Below, piece by piece: positions 1-11,292 of a stretch of DNA of 64,000 nucleotides. Positions within the stretch are counted from its first letter, which is position 1. Each line of letters opens with the position of its first letter. A program made the translations under genes and the position numbers. The stretch is from an uncultured Verrucomicrobiae bacterium (lineage in GTDB: Bacteria; Verrucomicrobiota; Verrucomicrobiia; Opitutales; JABDGR01), in contig CAVXVB010000009.1 in assembly GCA_963765205.1 (NCBI GenBank), forward strand, positions 1,408,001-1,472,000, read 5' to 3'. The notes beneath the pieces were generated by a model. The model did no database searches, was not told the DNA's origin, and saw only the letters and a program-made list of their open reading frames with translations.

Positions 1-1
1 G

Positions 2-1036
2 GTCGTCGCCATCAAGCAAACTCTCTACCGCACCAGCGGCGACTCGCCCATCATTGAGGCGCTGATCGAGGCCTCGCGCGCCGGCAAGCAAGTCACCGCC
101 CTGGTCGAACTCAAGGCACGCTTCGACGAAATGAAAAACATCCAGTGGGCGCGGCAGCTCGAGGAGGAGGGCGTCCACGTCGTTTACGGCCTGGTCGGCC
201 TGAAGACGCACTGCAAATGCTGCCTGGTGGTGCGCCGCGAGAAAAACACCCTGCGGCGCTACGCGCACCTCGGCACCGGCAATTACAATCCGAAAACCGC
301 GAAAGTTTACACCGACTTCAGCCTCTTCACCGCAAACCCGAAGCTCACCGAGGAAGTGGCCGACGTGTTTAACGCGCTCACCGGCTTTGCACTCTCGCCG
401 AAATTCAAGCGCCTCCTCGTCGCGCCTTTCAACCTCCACGCCGAAGTTCAAAAGAAAATTTTGCGCGAAGCCGCCAACGCGGCGGATGGGAAACGCGCCC
501 GCATTCTCGCCAAAATCAACAGCATTGTGGACCAGGAGACGATGGACAATCTCTACCGCGCCGCGCAGGCCGGCGTCTCCATCCACCTCATTGTGCGCGG
601 CATCTGCGGCCTGGTGCCCGGCCTCAAGGGCCTCTCGGAAAACATCCGCGTCACCAGCATCGTCGGGCAATTCCTCGAACACAGCCGGATTTACTATTTC
701 GAAAACGCCGGCGGCGAGCAACCCGAGCTTTACCTCGGCAGCGCCGATTGGATGCCGCGCAATTTCTTCCGCCGCATTGAGGTCGCCTTTCCCGTTTTGG
801 ACCCGCTCCTGCGCCGGCGGATTATTGACGACGTGCTGCCCACCTGCCTGCGCGACAACGCCTTTGCCACCGAATTGCACGCCAACGGCGCCTATATCTC
901 CGCACCGCGTTCCGGCGACGATCCGCCCTTCTCCGCCCAACAATATTTCCTCCAGCAAGCCGCTGCCCGCGCCGCCGATGAGGCCGAGTCCGCCCAAAAG
1001 GAACGCGAGAAACCCAAGCTGCGCCCCCAACCGTAG
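2..1036 (+). CDS. ppk1: Polyphosphate kinase 1, 5'-truncated by window edge
   Basis: Frame open from position 2 ([18 protein letters not shown]...VELKARFDE); [21 protein letters not shown] and SADWMPRN motifs of the PPK1 C-terminal PLD-like domains. Confidence 0.95.
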   Translation, partial: VVAIKQTLYRTSGDSPIIEALIEASRAGKQVTALVELKARFDEMKNIQWARQLEEEGVHVVYGLVGLKTHCKCCLVVRREKNTLRRYAHLGTGNYNPKTAKVYTDFSLFTANPKLTEEVADVFNALTGFALSPKFKRLLVAPFNLHAEVQKKILREAANAADGKRARILAKINSIVDQETMDNLYRAAQAGVSIHLIVRGICGLVPGLKGLSENIRVTSIVGQFLEHSRIYYFENAGGEQPELYLGSADWMPRNFFRRIEVAFPVLDPLLRRRIIDDVLPTCLRDNAFATELHANGAYISAPRSGDDPPFSAQQYFLQQAAARAADEAESAQKEREKPKLRPQP

Positions 1037-1125
1037 CTTTTACTCAGGATGCGTATCGGGCTTGGGGTTCATGGGTGAGGTAACCGCAGCGTGACCACCA
1101 ACCCACGCCGGTGAAAACCTGATTT

Positions 1126-1527
1126 TTACCGCGTCTGCAACCGCACCTTGTCCAGCTTGAGCTTGCGGCTTTGATCCATCACGAAGGTCACATCCTTCAG
1201 CGGCGTGTCCTGATCAGCGTAAATCAGCACGTTGACATCCGCGCCTTGCTTGGCGGCGGCGGCCTGCAGCGCCGCAGTCAACTGCTCCGGGGTGACGGCG
1301 GCCTCGTTGATGGAATACTTGCCCGCCTTGTCAATGGCGACCACCACGCGTTGCGTGGCGTCGGATTGCCCGGCGGTGTCCATCTTCGGCGGCGTAATGT
1401 CGAGCGACTGCGTGTCCGAGAAACGCATCACCATCAGGAAGAAAAAAATCAGCACGACCAGCACGTCCACCAACGGCACGATATTGACCACGGGGGGCGG
1501 GCGGCGGCGGCGCACGTAGAGGGGCAC
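1126..1527 (-). CDS. exbD: ExbD/TolR biopolymer transport protein
   Basis: NIVPLVDVLVVLIFFFLM single TM with conserved Asp; C-terminal IYADQDTP motif. Confidence 0.9.
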   Translation of the reverse strand: MPLYVRRRRPPPVVNIVPLVDVLVVLIFFFLMVMRFSDTQSLDITPPKMDTAGQSDATQRVVVAIDKAGKYSINEAAVTPEQLTAALQAAAAKQGADVNVLIYADQDTPLKDVTFVMDQSRKLKLDKVRLQTR

Positions 1528-1545
1528 AGGAAAGTTCCTCCGAGG

Positions 1546-2115
1546 TTAGCGGCGCTTGGCGAGGTCAATGAGCCGCTCGACCCCCATGTCCAGGCGCGAA
1601 GCGAGCAGATCAATGCGGCGGTGCAGGTAGCTGTTGCCGACAATGGCGGGGATGGCGATGCACAGCCCGACCATCGTCGTCGAGAGCGCGAGCGAAATGC
1701 CTTTGATGAACGCCGCCTTGTCCGGCAGCCCGCCCCCGCCCACTTGCGCGGAAAAAACCTGTGCCAGCCCGGTGATCGTGCCAAGCAGCCCCAGCAAGGG
1801 CGCGCCGGCGATCACGATTTCGAGGATGAACATCCCGCGTTCGAGCCGCGCGATTTCCAGCCGCGCAAACGCCTTCAGCGCCTCGGGGTCGGGATTCGTT
1901 TTGCGGAAAAAATACACGATGCGCCCGGCCACCGATTTCAAATCGCCCTGATAGTTGATGATCTCGCCGGAAATGAACGCATCGGCCATGTCCTTGGGCA
2001 AAATGCGCGCCGTCTGCAGCGCCAGCAGCCGCTCGATGACGACATACGCCGCGAGGACCGAGAAAAGTCCTAACGGATAAACAAAAATTCCAGCCCCGGT
2101 GAAGATGTCTTGCAT
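1546..2115 (-). CDS. exbB: MotA/TolQ/ExbB proton channel protein
   Basis: APLLGLLGTITG and GISLALSTTMVGLCIAIPA motifs; upstream of exbD; ATG at 2115 chosen. Confidence 0.88.
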   Translation of the reverse strand: MQDIFTGAGIFVYPLGLFSVLAAYVVIERLLALQTARILPKDMADAFISGEIINYQGDLKSVAGRIVYFFRKTNPDPEALKAFARLEIARLERGMFILEIVIAGAPLLGLLGTITGLAQVFSAQVGGGGLPDKAAFIKGISLALSTTMVGLCIAIPAIVGNSYLHRRIDLLASRLDMGVERLIDLAKRR

Positions 2116-2257
2116 GGACGCCCGCCAATGGCGGAACAAGCAGAGCAAAACAAAACCACCGTTTGGTCAAGAATGAAGCGCGGGAAAATCTTTGCGCTCT
2201 TAGCGCCTTCGCGGTGAATTTTCTGGCCTTTCCACGCCGGCGCGCCAACTTAAACCC

Positions 2258-5200
2258 ATGGCCGGTTCCGACTCCACTTTCGTCCACCTCCACGTCCACA
2301 CCGACTTCAGCCTCCTCGATGGCTGCAGCCGCATCGACGTGCTCTGCGCGCGCGCCAAAGAGCTGGGCCAGCCCGCCCTGGCCATCACCGACCACGGCAA
2401 CCTCTTCGGCGTGGTGGACTTCATGCTCGAGGCCAAAAAGCACGGCCTCAAGCCCATCATCGGCTGCGAGGCCTACCTCGTCACCGACCACGCCCGCACG
2501 GAAAAGCCCGAGCGCGCCAAGCACCAGGTTTACCACCTCGGCCTCATTGCCCGCGATTTCGCCGGCTACCAAAACCTCACGAAACTCATCAGTGACGCCC
2601 ATACCCAGGGCTTCCATTACCGCCCGCGCACCGACCTCGACATGCTCGCCCGCCACGCGAAGGGCCTCATCGGCTTCAGCGGCTGCCTCGCCTCGTGGAT
2701 TCCCAAAATGCTCCTGCAAGACCGCGACGAGGACGCCCGCGCCGCCTGCGGCAAGCTCGTGGACATTTTCGGACGCGACTACTTCTTCATCGAATTGCAA
2801 GACCACGGCATCCCCGAGCAGCGCAAAATCCTGCCCGGCCTGCTGCGCCTCGCCAAGGAATTCAACCTCCCCACCATCGCCACCAACGACGTGCATTACG
2901 TCAACGCCGGCGACTGGGCGCCGCACGACGCCCTCCTCTGCATCCAGACCGGCGCGAAAATTTCCGACACCGACCGCATGCGCTTCGACACGCACGAGTT
3001 CTATTTGAAGTCGCGCGCGGAAATGGACCGCCTCTTCGCCGAAGTCCCCGCCAGCGTCCTCCAGCCCATGCTCATCGCCGAGATGTGCGACGTGCAACTA
3101 CCCTTCGGCAAGAATAACTACCCGGTCTTCCAGTTGCCGGTGGAATTAAAACCGCGCTTTGCGAAAAACACCGACTACCTGCGCGACTTGTGCCTCGCCG
3201 GGCTAATGAAGCGCTATGGCGTGGATTTCGAACAGCCCGACGCGCCCCTGCCCGGCCGCCCGCCGGGGTTTGGCCGCGAGCTGATTGAACGCGTCCATTT
3301 TGAAATCAGCGTCATCGAAAAAGCCGGCTTCGTGGATTATTTCATGATCGTGTGGGACTTCATTGACTGGGCGCGGCGGCAAAACATCCCCGTCGGCCCC
3401 GGCCGCGGCTCGGGCGCCGGCTGCCTCGTCGCCTACCTGCTGAAAATCACCGACATTGACCCGCTGCGCTTCGGCCTGCTCTTCGAGCGCTTCCTCAACC
3501 CCGAACGCGTCTCCCCGCCGGACTTCGACATAGACTTCTGCATGAGACGCCGCGGCGAGGTCATCGAATACGTGCGCCAAAAATACGGCCAGGACTGCGT
3601 GGCCAACATCATCACCTTCGGCACCTTCGGCGCGAAAATGATCGTGCGCGACCTCGCCCGCGTCAACAGCATCGAATACGCCGAGGCCGACCGCATCGCC
3701 AAAATGGTGCCGGACGACTTGAACATCACGCTCGACGAGGCCCTCGCCAAGTCCGCCGAGCTGGCGCAGGAAGTGGCGAAAAACCCCGTCGCGAAGCGCA
3801 TCATCGAGCACGGCAAAGTCATCGAAGGCATGGCCCGCAACTCCGGCACCCACGCCGCCGGCATCATCATCGCCGACCGCCCGCTCACCGAATTGATCCC
3901 CGTCACGCTCCAGGAAGGCGTCCTCACCACGCAGTATCCCAAAGGCCCCGTCGAAAAACTCGGCCTGCTCAAGATGGACTTTCTCGGGCTGAAGACCCTC
4001 ACCGTCATCGCCGACGCGCAGGATAACGTCCGCCGCGCCCGCGGCATGCCGGCCTTCGACATCGAGCAAGTCCCGCTCGACGACGCCAAAACTTTCCAAT
4101 TGCTCAACGAAGCGCGCACCATCGGCGTCTTCCAACTCGAATCCGGCGGGATGCAAAACCTCTGCCGCCAGTTTTCCATCGCGAACATTGACGAAATCAT
4201 TGCCATCAACGCCCTCTACCGGCCTGGCCCGATGGAGTTCATCCCCGCCTACATCGCCGGCAAGAAAAATCCCGCCGCGATCAAATACCCGCATCCGCTG
4301 CTCGAGCCAATTTGCCGCGAAACTTACGGCGTCCTCGTTTACCAGGAGCAGGTCATGGAGGCCGCGCGGCGCATCGGCGGCTACTCGCTCGGCGGCGCGG
4401 ACACCCTCCGCCGCGCCATGGGCAAAAAGGACAAAGTCGAAATGGCAAAGCAAAAGGCCGTCTTCATCGCCGGCGCGGCGAAGACGAACCAACTTACCCA
4501 AAAGGCCGCCGAGGAGCTTTTTGCCATGCTCGAAAAATTCGCGGAATACGGCTTCAACAAATCCCACTCCGCCGCCTACGCCATCCTCAGCTACCGCACC
4601 GCCTACCTCAAGGCCAACTACCCGGTCGAGTTCCTGGCCGCGCTCCTCTCGAACGAACTTGGCGACGCGGACAAGGTCGCGCACTTCGTCGCCGAATGCG
4701 CCAACCTCGGCATCGCCGTGCTCGGCCCGGACGTGAATCAATCGCGTGAAAATTTCACTCCCCTCCCCGACCTCTCGCCGAACGCCAACCCTGCCTCGCC
4801 CGGCTCGATCCGCTTCGGCCTCGGCGCGATCAAAGGCGTCGGCAACGTCGCCGCGAAAAAAATCCTTGATGAACGCGATGCCAATGGTCCCTTCGCCGAT
4901 TTCGCCGATTTCATCCGCCGGGTGGACGGCCGCGCCGTCAACAAGCGCACGTTGGAATGTCTCATCCGCACGGGCGCCTTCGATTATACGAAGGCCGATC
5001 GGCAACACCTCTTCAATTCGCTCGACGGCTTCATGGCCGACGCCGCCTCGCACCAAAAAGACCGCGCCGCCGGCCAGGGTTCGCTCTTCGACACGCCCGC
5101 GACCTCCGCCAACGGCCACACCGGCGGCTCGCACACCGTGCGCCTCGACACCCAGGGACCGGTCATGACTCTCGCTGACCGCCTCAAGTTCGAGCGCGAA

Positions 5201-5860
5201 CTCCTCGGCTTCTACACCTCCGGCCACCCCCTCAACGCCCTCGCCGGCCTCGACGATTTCCTCGACACCGTTTCCGAAACCACCCTCCCCACCACGCCCG
5301 ACCGCACGCCCTTCCGCCTCTGCGGCGTCGCCACCAGCGTCGTCAAACGCATCTCGAAACGCGACAACCGGCCCTGGGCCTCGTTCACGCTCGCCACCCG
5401 CCGCGGCAATTTCCCCGTCAACATTTTCTCCGAAGCCTACGAAAAGCACCAAACCCTCCTCGTGGACGGCGCGGTGCTCCTCGTCCAAGGCGACGTGCGC
5501 CGCGACGATTTTCGCAACGAAAACCGCCTCACCGCGCAGGAAATCTCCGCCATCGAGGAACGCGTGCCCGGCCTGCTGCGCAGCGTGCAATGGGTGCTCG
5601 CGCCCGAGCCGCGCGCCGAGGATTTCCTGCGCCTGCTCGCCGCGAAAATCCGCGAGCAACCCGGCGGCACCACCCCCCTCGTCGCCTTTCAGCAGGACGA
5701 CGGCCGCGCCCTCGAATTCGAACTCCCCCCCTCCTCGAAACTCCGCCTCGACCTCCCCGCCTACCGCGCCCTCCGCCAGCACCCCGCCGTCGCCAGCGTC
5801 CTCGTCGAAATCCCCCCGCCCACCGCCCCCGAACCCCGCTGGCCCCGCAATGGACGGTAA
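2258..5860 (+). CDS. dnaE: DNA polymerase III alpha subunit
   Basis: PHP domain [47 protein letters not shown]-terminal OB fold; 1200 aa. Confidence 0.98.
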   Translation: MAGSDSTFVHLHVHTDFSLLDGCSRIDVLCARAKELGQPALAITDHGNLFGVVDFMLEAKKHGLKPIIGCEAYLVTDHARTEKPERAKHQVYHLGLIARDFAGYQNLTKLISDAHTQGFHYRPRTDLDMLARHAKGLIGFSGCLASWIPKMLLQDRDEDARAACGKLVDIFGRDYFFIELQDHGIPEQRKILPGLLRLAKEFNLPTIATNDVHYVNAGDWAPHDALLCIQTGAKISDTDRMRFDTHEFYLKSRAEMDRLFAEVPASVLQPMLIAEMCDVQLPFGKNNYPVFQLPVELKPRFAKNTDYLRDLCLAGLMKRYGVDFEQPDAPLPGRPPGFGRELIERVHFEISVIEKAGFVDYFMIVWDFIDWARRQNIPVGPGRGSGAGCLVAYLLKITDIDPLRFGLLFERFLNPERVSPPDFDIDFCMRRRGEVIEYVRQKYGQDCVANIITFGTFGAKMIVRDLARVNSIEYAEADRIAKMVPDDLNITLDEALAKSAELAQEVAKNPVAKRIIEHGKVIEGMARNSGTHAAGIIIADRPLTELIPVTLQEGVLTTQYPKGPVEKLGLLKMDFLGLKTLTVIADAQDNVRRARGMPAFDIEQVPLDDAKTFQLLNEARTIGVFQLESGGMQNLCRQFSIANIDEIIAINALYRPGPMEFIPAYIAGKKNPAAIKYPHPLLEPICRETYGVLVYQEQVMEAARRIGGYSLGGADTLRRAMGKKDKVEMAKQKAVFIAGAAKTNQLTQKAAEELFAMLEKFAEYGFNKSHSAAYAILSYRTAYLKANYPVEFLAALLSNELGDADKVAHFVAECANLGIAVLGPDVNQSRENFTPLPDLSPNANPASPGSIRFGLGAIKGVGNVAAKKILDERDANGPFADFADFIRRVDGRAVNKRTLECLIRTGAFDYTKADRQHLFNSLDGFMADAASHQKDRAAGQGSLFDTPATSANGHTGGSHTVRLDTQGPVMTLADRLKFERELLGFYTSGHPLNALAGLDDFLDTVSETTLPTTPDRTPFRLCGVATSVVKRISKRDNRPWASFTLATRRGNFPVNIFSEAYEKHQTLLVDGAVLLVQGDVRRDDFRNENRLTAQEISAIEERVPGLLRSVQWVLAPEPRAEDFLRLLAAKIREQPGGTTPLVAFQQDDGRALEFELPPSSKLRLDLPAYRALRQHPAVASVLVEIPPPTAPEPRWPRNGR

Positions 5861-5906
5861 CGATTTGGCTTTTCATTCAAACGAATCTGGATTAGGGCCT
5901 TTAAGT

Positions 5907-6296
5907 ATGAAATCGGAGTCAAATGGGTTGGAAAGAAATCTCAGACTCGACAAGGGTTTCTGGCTAACGTTTGTCCTGGTGGGATTGCCGACTTTGATTT
6001 CAATCTGGTATTTATCTCCACACGATCCATTGATTTCATTTATTTCGGCGTGCCTACTTTTTCCGTTTTTAGCATCGGTGATTGTCTATGTCTTTGGGCA
6101 AGCAATCTATTTGACGTTCTTCAAAAGGGAAGTTGATCCAATTCAAATTCGAGCATTTGCCATAACTGTAATTTTTATCGTTATGTCGTGCGGGATCATC
6201 GCATTTTTATTGCCTCCATCACTCAGGCCTGTCACCGTTCCCATAGTGACTGCCTTTTCAATTTACCGCTTCTACGCCAAAACAAAGTTTAAATGA
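5907..6296 (+). CDS. Hypothetical membrane protein (AT-rich, about 4 TM)
   Basis: Hydrophobic ORF, visibly AT-richer than dnaE; alternative start 5850 overlaps the dnaE end. Confidence 0.55.
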   Translation: MKSESNGLERNLRLDKGFWLTFVLVGLPTLISIWYLSPHDPLISFISACLLFPFLASVIVYVFGQAIYLTFFKREVDPIQIRAFAITVIFIVMSCGIIAFLLPPSLRPVTVPIVTAFSIYRFYAKTKFK

Positions 6297-6399
6297 CTTC
6301 GATAATTCTGCTTCAGTTGTATATTAACCCGCCTGCAACACCTCAATATCAAACGGCACATACCGTTCGACGCCATCCAGTTTCACCTAGCCCCTTAAC

Positions 6400-6439
6400 C
6401 CCCTCCTCCCGACCCCGGCAACCCCCAAAAAAGCAAATT
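6400..6439. repeat. ~40-bp imperfect direct repeat, copy 1 (copy 2 at 9922-9960)
   Basis: cccctcctcccgaccccggcaacccccaaaaaagcaaatt vs cccctcctcccggccccgacaacgccaaaaaagcaaatt. Confidence 0.75.
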
Positions 6440-6638
6440 CCTGCGATGAGGGCGGAAACGTCAAGTGCTATTTCTGGCGCACCACCACATGGTGCGCTCC
6501 ATGAACGTCGAGGTTCAGATTGATGCGCTTGGCACGCTTCCGGCTGGACTCCAACGGCACTGATTCGTTTACTGAATCAGTCGGTTGTGTAATCATACAG
6601 GCCGTCAACGCGCGGGTCTAGAGCATTTTCGATTTAAA

Positions 6639-6681
6639 TAGACGTATTGCTGAAAGCGGTGTATAATGGTGGAAAAGGAGG
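6639..6681 (+). promoter_or_regulatory. sigma70-type promoter and RBS of the IS630 transposase
   Basis: TAGACG-N17-TATAAT (6639-6667) and AGGAGG (6676-6681) before ATG 6690; same in copy 2 at +3475. Confidence 0.6.
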
Positions 6682-6689
6682 CCACCACC

Positions 6690-7632
6690 ATGAAACCACT
6701 CTCGGAAGATTTGCGCCAGCGCATCGTGCGGGCGCGCGAAGCCGGGGAAGGCACGGGCGAGGTCTGCCGCCGTTTTGGGGTCAGCCGCAGCAGCGCCGAA
6801 CGCTTCTGGAACCAATACCGCCGCCGGGGCCACTGCCGGCCGAAACAAATCGGCGGCTGCCGCCGCTCCCGGCTGGCGGAGCATGAGCGCAAGGTGCGGG
6901 CGTGGATCGCGGCGCAGCCCGACCTGACGCTGGCGCAACTGCAAACGCGCTGCCGCGAGCAACTCGGCGTGCGGCTGGGCCTCAACGCGCTGTGGCACCG
7001 GCTGGAGCGGCTGGGCTTGAGCTATAAAAAAAACGACGCGCGCCGCCGAGCAAGATCGACCCGACGTTAAAGCGGCCCGGCACCAGTGGCGCCAGGATCA
7101 GCCCAGCTGGGACAGCCGACGGTTGGTCTTCATCGACGAGACCGGCTTGAACACCAAGATGGCGCGGCTGTATGGGCGGGCCCCGCGCAGCCAGCGTTGC
7201 CTCGGGCGCGTGCCCCACGGGCACTGGCACACTTCCACCTTTATCGCCGCGTTGCGCGTGGACGCCGTGACTGCGCCTTTTCTGATCGAAGGCGCAGTGG
7301 ACACCGACGTGTTCACCGCCTACCTCCAACAAGTGCTCGGCCCGGAATTGCGGGAGGGCGACACCGTGATCCTCGACAACCTCGCCACCCACAAAACGGC
7401 CAGCGTCGCCGCGGTGCTGGCCGCCCGCGGCGCCCGCGTGCGCTATCTGCCGCCGTATAGCCCCGATCTCAACCCCATCGAACAGGCCTTCGCCAAACTC
7501 AAAGCCCATCTTCGGCAAGCCGCCGCACGAACCCTCACGGACCTCCAAACCGCTTTGGTTCCAGCCCTCGCCTCCTTCACCTCCACCCATTGCCAAGGCT
7601 TCTTTGGTCATGCCCAATATGCGTCTATCTAA
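6690..7632 (+). CDS. IS630 transposase, split into orfA (HTH) and orfB (DDE) at an A8 run
   Basis: MKPLSEDLRQRIV...GLSYKK, then after a +1 shift at A8 (7026-7033) TTRAAEQDRPDV...VFIDETG...ILDNLATHK...LPPYSPDLNPIE. Confidence 0.92.
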
Positions 7633-7667
7633 ATCGAAAATGCTCTAGTGTCTGCCGTTGGCCGCCC

Positions 7668-9749
7668 ATGTCATCTATCAGTATCAGTCAGACCACAATG
7701 TCCGAAACCCTCATTGCCGCAACCAATTGGCTCCTCAAAAATCAAAAGCCGGAGGGCTATTGGGCGGGCATGGTCGAATCCAATTCCTGCATCGAGGCGC
7801 AATGGCTCATTTGCGCGCATATTCTGGGCTATGATCTCCCGATTAAGGCTGGGATTATGCGCGGGCTTTACAGCCGCCAACGCGCCGACGGTTCTTGGGA
7901 CACCTATCCCCATGCGCCCGCCGGCGACATCAACTCGACCGTCGAGGTCTATGCGGCGATGCACGCGATGGGCGAACCGGCCGACCGCCCCGAACTGGCG
8001 CGCGCGCGCGCATGGATTCGCGAACACGGCGGCCTTGCCGATGTCCGCGTCTTTACCCGCTATTGGCTAGCCCTGATCGGCATCTGGCCTTGGCGCAACA
8101 CGCCGAACTTGCCGCCCGAAATTATCCGCTTTCCCCTGTGGTTTCCGTTTTCGATCTATCATTTCGCGCAATGGGCCCGCGCGACCATGGTTCCGCTGGC
8201 GGTTTTATGCGCACGCCGGCCGGTCTTTCCGCTGCCCGATGATGCGGGGCGGCTGGAAGAATTGTTTCCTGAGGGAATCGACCAATTCGATTTCTCCATT
8301 CCTGTTAAAAAAGCCCGACGCTGGTCGCTCGAAGCCATTTTTGAGCGCGTCGACGGCTTCCTGCATCGCGCTCAAACGCACCGCCTCATTCCGTTTCGCG
8401 AACATGCGATCAAGCTTTGCCTCGAATGGATGATCCGCCACCAGGACGCCGACGGTTCCTGGGGCGGCATTCAGCCGCCGTGGATTTACGGGTTGATGGC
8501 GTTGCATGGCGAAGGCTACAGCCTCGACCACCCCGTCATGAGGCGCGGCCTCAAAGCGCTTGAGGAACATTGGAGCTACGAGCGCAACGGCGGCCTCCAT
8601 ATCCAGGCGAGCGAGTCGCCAGTGTGGGACACGCTGTTTTGCCTGCTCGCGCTCACCGAAGCGGGTCATCGGCCCGCCGACCTGCCCGCGATGCGCCATG
8701 CGCTCCTCTATATCCTTGACCATCAAATTCTGGTTGCCGGGGACTGGTCGGTGACGGTGAAGGACGCTGCGCCTGGCGGCTGGGCGTTCGAGCGCTCCAA
8801 CCTCATGTATCCCGATGTTGACGACACCGCGCTCGCTTTGCTCGTTCTGGTGAAGCTGCGCGCGGATAGCGGCGATCTGGGTGCCCGCGTCGATTTTGCA
8901 ATCGGGCGCGCGCGCGCCTGGATTTTGGCGATGCAATGCGGCAATGGCGGTTGGGCCGCCTTTGATCGCGATAATGATAAAGCCATCATTTCAAAAATCC
9001 CGTTCTGCAATTTTGGCGAAGCGCTCGACCCGCCCAGCGTCGATGTGACCGCCCATGTGCTCGAAGCCTTGGGCGCGTCGGGCCTGCGCCTCGATCATCC
9101 CGCTGTCGCGAAGGCGCTTGCCTTCGTCCGCGCCGAGCAGGAAAGCGAAGGCTCATGGTTCGGCCGTTGGGGCGTCAACCATATCTATGGCGTCGGCGCG
9201 GTTTTGCCTGCTTTGGCGGCGATCGGCGAAGATCTGGGTGCCGCCTATGTGCAAAGCGCGGTTCGCTGGCTCGTCGGCAAGCAGAATGCGGATGGCGGCT
9301 GGGGCGAAAGCTGCGAATCCTATATAGATGCCGCGATGATTGGGCGCGGGCCCAGCACCCCCTCGCAAACCGCCTGGGCATTATTGGCGCTGATGGCGGC
9401 GGCTGGACCGCGCGAGGCGATCGAGCGCGGTTTTGCTCATCTTGCCGCGACCCAGCGCCCGGATGGAACTTGGGATGAAGATTATTACACCGCCACCGGC
9501 TTCCCCGGTTATGGGGTTGGCGCGCACATCGACCTCGCCGACCCGCATTTGCGCGACAAGCTCGGCCAAGGCCCCGAACTGTCGCGCGGCTTCATGGTCT
9601 CCTTCAACCTTTACCGACACTATTTTCCAATGATCGCGCTTGCGCGCCGTCAGGCCTCCGCTGCGCCTCGACGCCACTCCCCCCTTCCTCAAGGGGAAGC
9701 CAAAACGGATCAGGCTTTTCCTGCTATCAGTTCAGTTTCAAATCCCTAA
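7668..9749 (+). CDS. shc: Squalene-hopene cyclase
   Basis: YPDVDDTA (DXDD) catalytic motif, several QW repeats (QRADGSW, QDADGSWGG, QNADGGWGE, QRPDGTW), WFGRWGVN; start 7668 or 7698. Confidence 0.95.
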   Translation: MSSISISQTTMSETLIAATNWLLKNQKPEGYWAGMVESNSCIEAQWLICAHILGYDLPIKAGIMRGLYSRQRADGSWDTYPHAPAGDINSTVEVYAAMHAMGEPADRPELARARAWIREHGGLADVRVFTRYWLALIGIWPWRNTPNLPPEIIRFPLWFPFSIYHFAQWARATMVPLAVLCARRPVFPLPDDAGRLEELFPEGIDQFDFSIPVKKARRWSLEAIFERVDGFLHRAQTHRLIPFREHAIKLCLEWMIRHQDADGSWGGIQPPWIYGLMALHGEGYSLDHPVMRRGLKALEEHWSYERNGGLHIQASESPVWDTLFCLLALTEAGHRPADLPAMRHALLYILDHQILVAGDWSVTVKDAAPGGWAFERSNLMYPDVDDTALALLVLVKLRADSGDLGARVDFAIGRARAWILAMQCGNGGWAAFDRDNDKAIISKIPFCNFGEALDPPSVDVTAHVLEALGASGLRLDHPAVAKALAFVRAEQESEGSWFGRWGVNHIYGVGAVLPALAAIGEDLGAAYVQSAVRWLVGKQNADGGWGESCESYIDAAMIGRGPSTPSQTAWALLALMAAAGPREAIERGFAHLAATQRPDGTWDEDYYTATGFPGYGVGAHIDLADPHLRDKLGQGPELSRGFMVSFNLYRHYFPMIALARRQASAAPRRHSPLPQGEAKTDQAFPAISSVSNP

Positions 9750-9921
9750 TCCGAGTTCCGGTTCGCCTGGTGGTGCCAAGCAACCTGGCCCTTCGCTGCG
9801 GGGCTTGTTGCCGTAGCGGTTGACCTCGCGGGCAACCAAGCGTTAGCCGGGTATCGGCCGGCAAAGTTCCTGAATGAACCGACGTGGGGTTCAGTTTTAA
9901 GTTTTGTAGTTGACGAATACT

Positions 9922-9960
9922 CCCCTCCTCCCGGCCCCGACAACGCCAAAAAAGCAAATT
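9922..9960. repeat. ~40-bp imperfect direct repeat, copy 2
   Basis: Matches 6400-6439 with three substitutions and one indel. Confidence 0.75.
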
Positions 9961-10095
9961 TCCACCAATTCGCTGGCTTGCCAGCCAACATAGCTTTAGC
10001 GTGCCATATGCTTTCGCAAGTGGCTACACTGCAAATGGTAATGATTCCTCCGCATCGAATTCCTCGTCTGGCTATTTTCCTACTTCTGGTCCTTA

Positions 10096-11120
10096 GAGCA
10101 TTTTCGATTTAAATAGACGTATTGCTGAAAGCGGTGTATAATGGTGGAAAAGGAGGCCACCACCATGAAACCACTCTCGGAAGATTTGCGCCAGCGCATC
10201 GTGCGGGCGCGCGAAGCCGGGGAAGGCACGGGCGAGGTCTGCCGCCGTTTTGGGGTCAGCCGCAGCAGCGCCGAACGCTTCTGGAACCAATACCGCCGCC
10301 GGGGCCACTGCCGGCCGAAACAAATCGGCGGCTGCCGCCGCTCCCGGCTGGCGGAGCATGAGCGCAAGGTGCGGGCGTGGATCGCGGCGCAGCCCGACCT
10401 GACGCTGGCGCAACTGCAAACGCGCTGCCGCGAGCAACTCGGCGTGCGGCTGGGCCTCAACGCGCTGTGGCACCGGCTGGAGCGGCTGGGCTTGAGCTAT
10501 AAAAAAAACGACGCGCGCCGCCGAGCAAGATCGACCCGACGTTAAAGCGGCCCGGCACCAGTGGCGCCAGGATCAGCCCAGCTGGGACAGCCGACGGTTG
10601 GTCTTCATCGACGAGACCGGCTTGAACACCAAGATGGCGCGGCTGTATGGGCGGGCCCCGCGCAGCCAGCGTTGCCTCGGGCGCGTGCCCCACGGGCACT
10701 GGCACACTTCCACCTTTATCGCCGCGTTGCGCGTGGACGCCGTGACTGCGCCTTTTCTGATCGAAGGCGCAGTGGACACCGACGTGTTCACCGCCTACCT
10801 CCAACAAGTGCTCGGCCCGGAATTGCGGGAGGGCGACACCGTGATCCTCGACAACCTCGCCACCCACAAAACGGCCAGCGTCGCCGCGGTGCTGGCCGCC
10901 CGCGGCGCCCGCGTGCGCTATCTGCCGCCGTATAGCCCCGATCTCAACCCCATCGAACAGGCCTTCGCCAAACTCAAAGCCCATCTTCGGCAAGCCGCCG
11001 CACGAACCCTCACGGACCTCCAAACCGCTTTGGTTCCAGCCCTCGCCTCCTTCACCTCCACCCATTGCCAAGGCTTCTTTGGTCATGCCCAATATGCGTC
11101 TATCTAAATCGAAAATGCTC
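10096..11120 (+). mobile_element. IS630-family insertion sequence, copy 2 (apparently identical to copy 1, same orientation)
   Basis: Same TIRs, TA flanks at 10094-10095 and 11121-11122; all ORF translations identical at offset +3475. Confidence 0.96.
10165..11107 (+). CDS. IS630 transposase copy 2 (orfA/orfB, A8 at 10501-10508)
   Basis: Identical translation to 6690-7632. Confidence 0.92.
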
Positions 11121-11183
11121 TAGACTAATGTTTCAGCCAAAGTAAATCCGCAGTCCTGGGTGTGGACGAACGGGAGGTTTGGT

Positions 11184-11243
11184 TCCCAGGGTTTCGCGGT
11201 GCGAAGCCCTGGGCTTTATTCCGGCAGCCTTACAGGCTGCGGG
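11184..11243. repeat. REP-like palindrome (cccagggt...ccctggg family)
   Basis: cccagggtttcgcggtgcgaagccctggg followed by gcagccttacaggctgc; inverted relative of the unit at ~24499-24556. Confidence 0.7.
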
Positions 11244-11292
11244 AGAAATCTCAAAGTGACCGATTACCAGGCAGGTGGCTAACGCTTTTTCC

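Larger units (their letters stand above)
6621..7645 (+). mobile_element. IS630-family insertion sequence, copy 1 (1025 bp)
   Basis: 24-bp TIRs gagcattttcgatttaaatagacg / cgtctatctaaatcgaaaatgctc (1 mismatch), TA on both sides (6619-6620, 7646-7647), DDE transposase inside. Confidence 0.96.

Noticed and set aside
1171..5782. Long alternative ORFs opposite exbB and dnaE (e.g. 1610-3097, 3203-5782)
   Set aside because: Antisense shadows of GC-rich coding genes with no family motifs; the same applies to 11275-12795 and 13818-15359.
6530..6581. sigma54-like TGGCAC-N5-CGGC and an 8-bp inverted repeat upstream of IS copy 1 (similar GG-N10-GC at 15832-15864)
   Set aside because: The -12 element deviates from TTGC and such matches are frequent in GC-rich DNA; not supportable without TSS data.
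7590..7667. ORF-track N-terminal extension of shc starting inside the IS
   Set aside because: It runs through the IS right TIR; the reconstructed empty site has an upstream stop, so the real start is 7668 or 7698.
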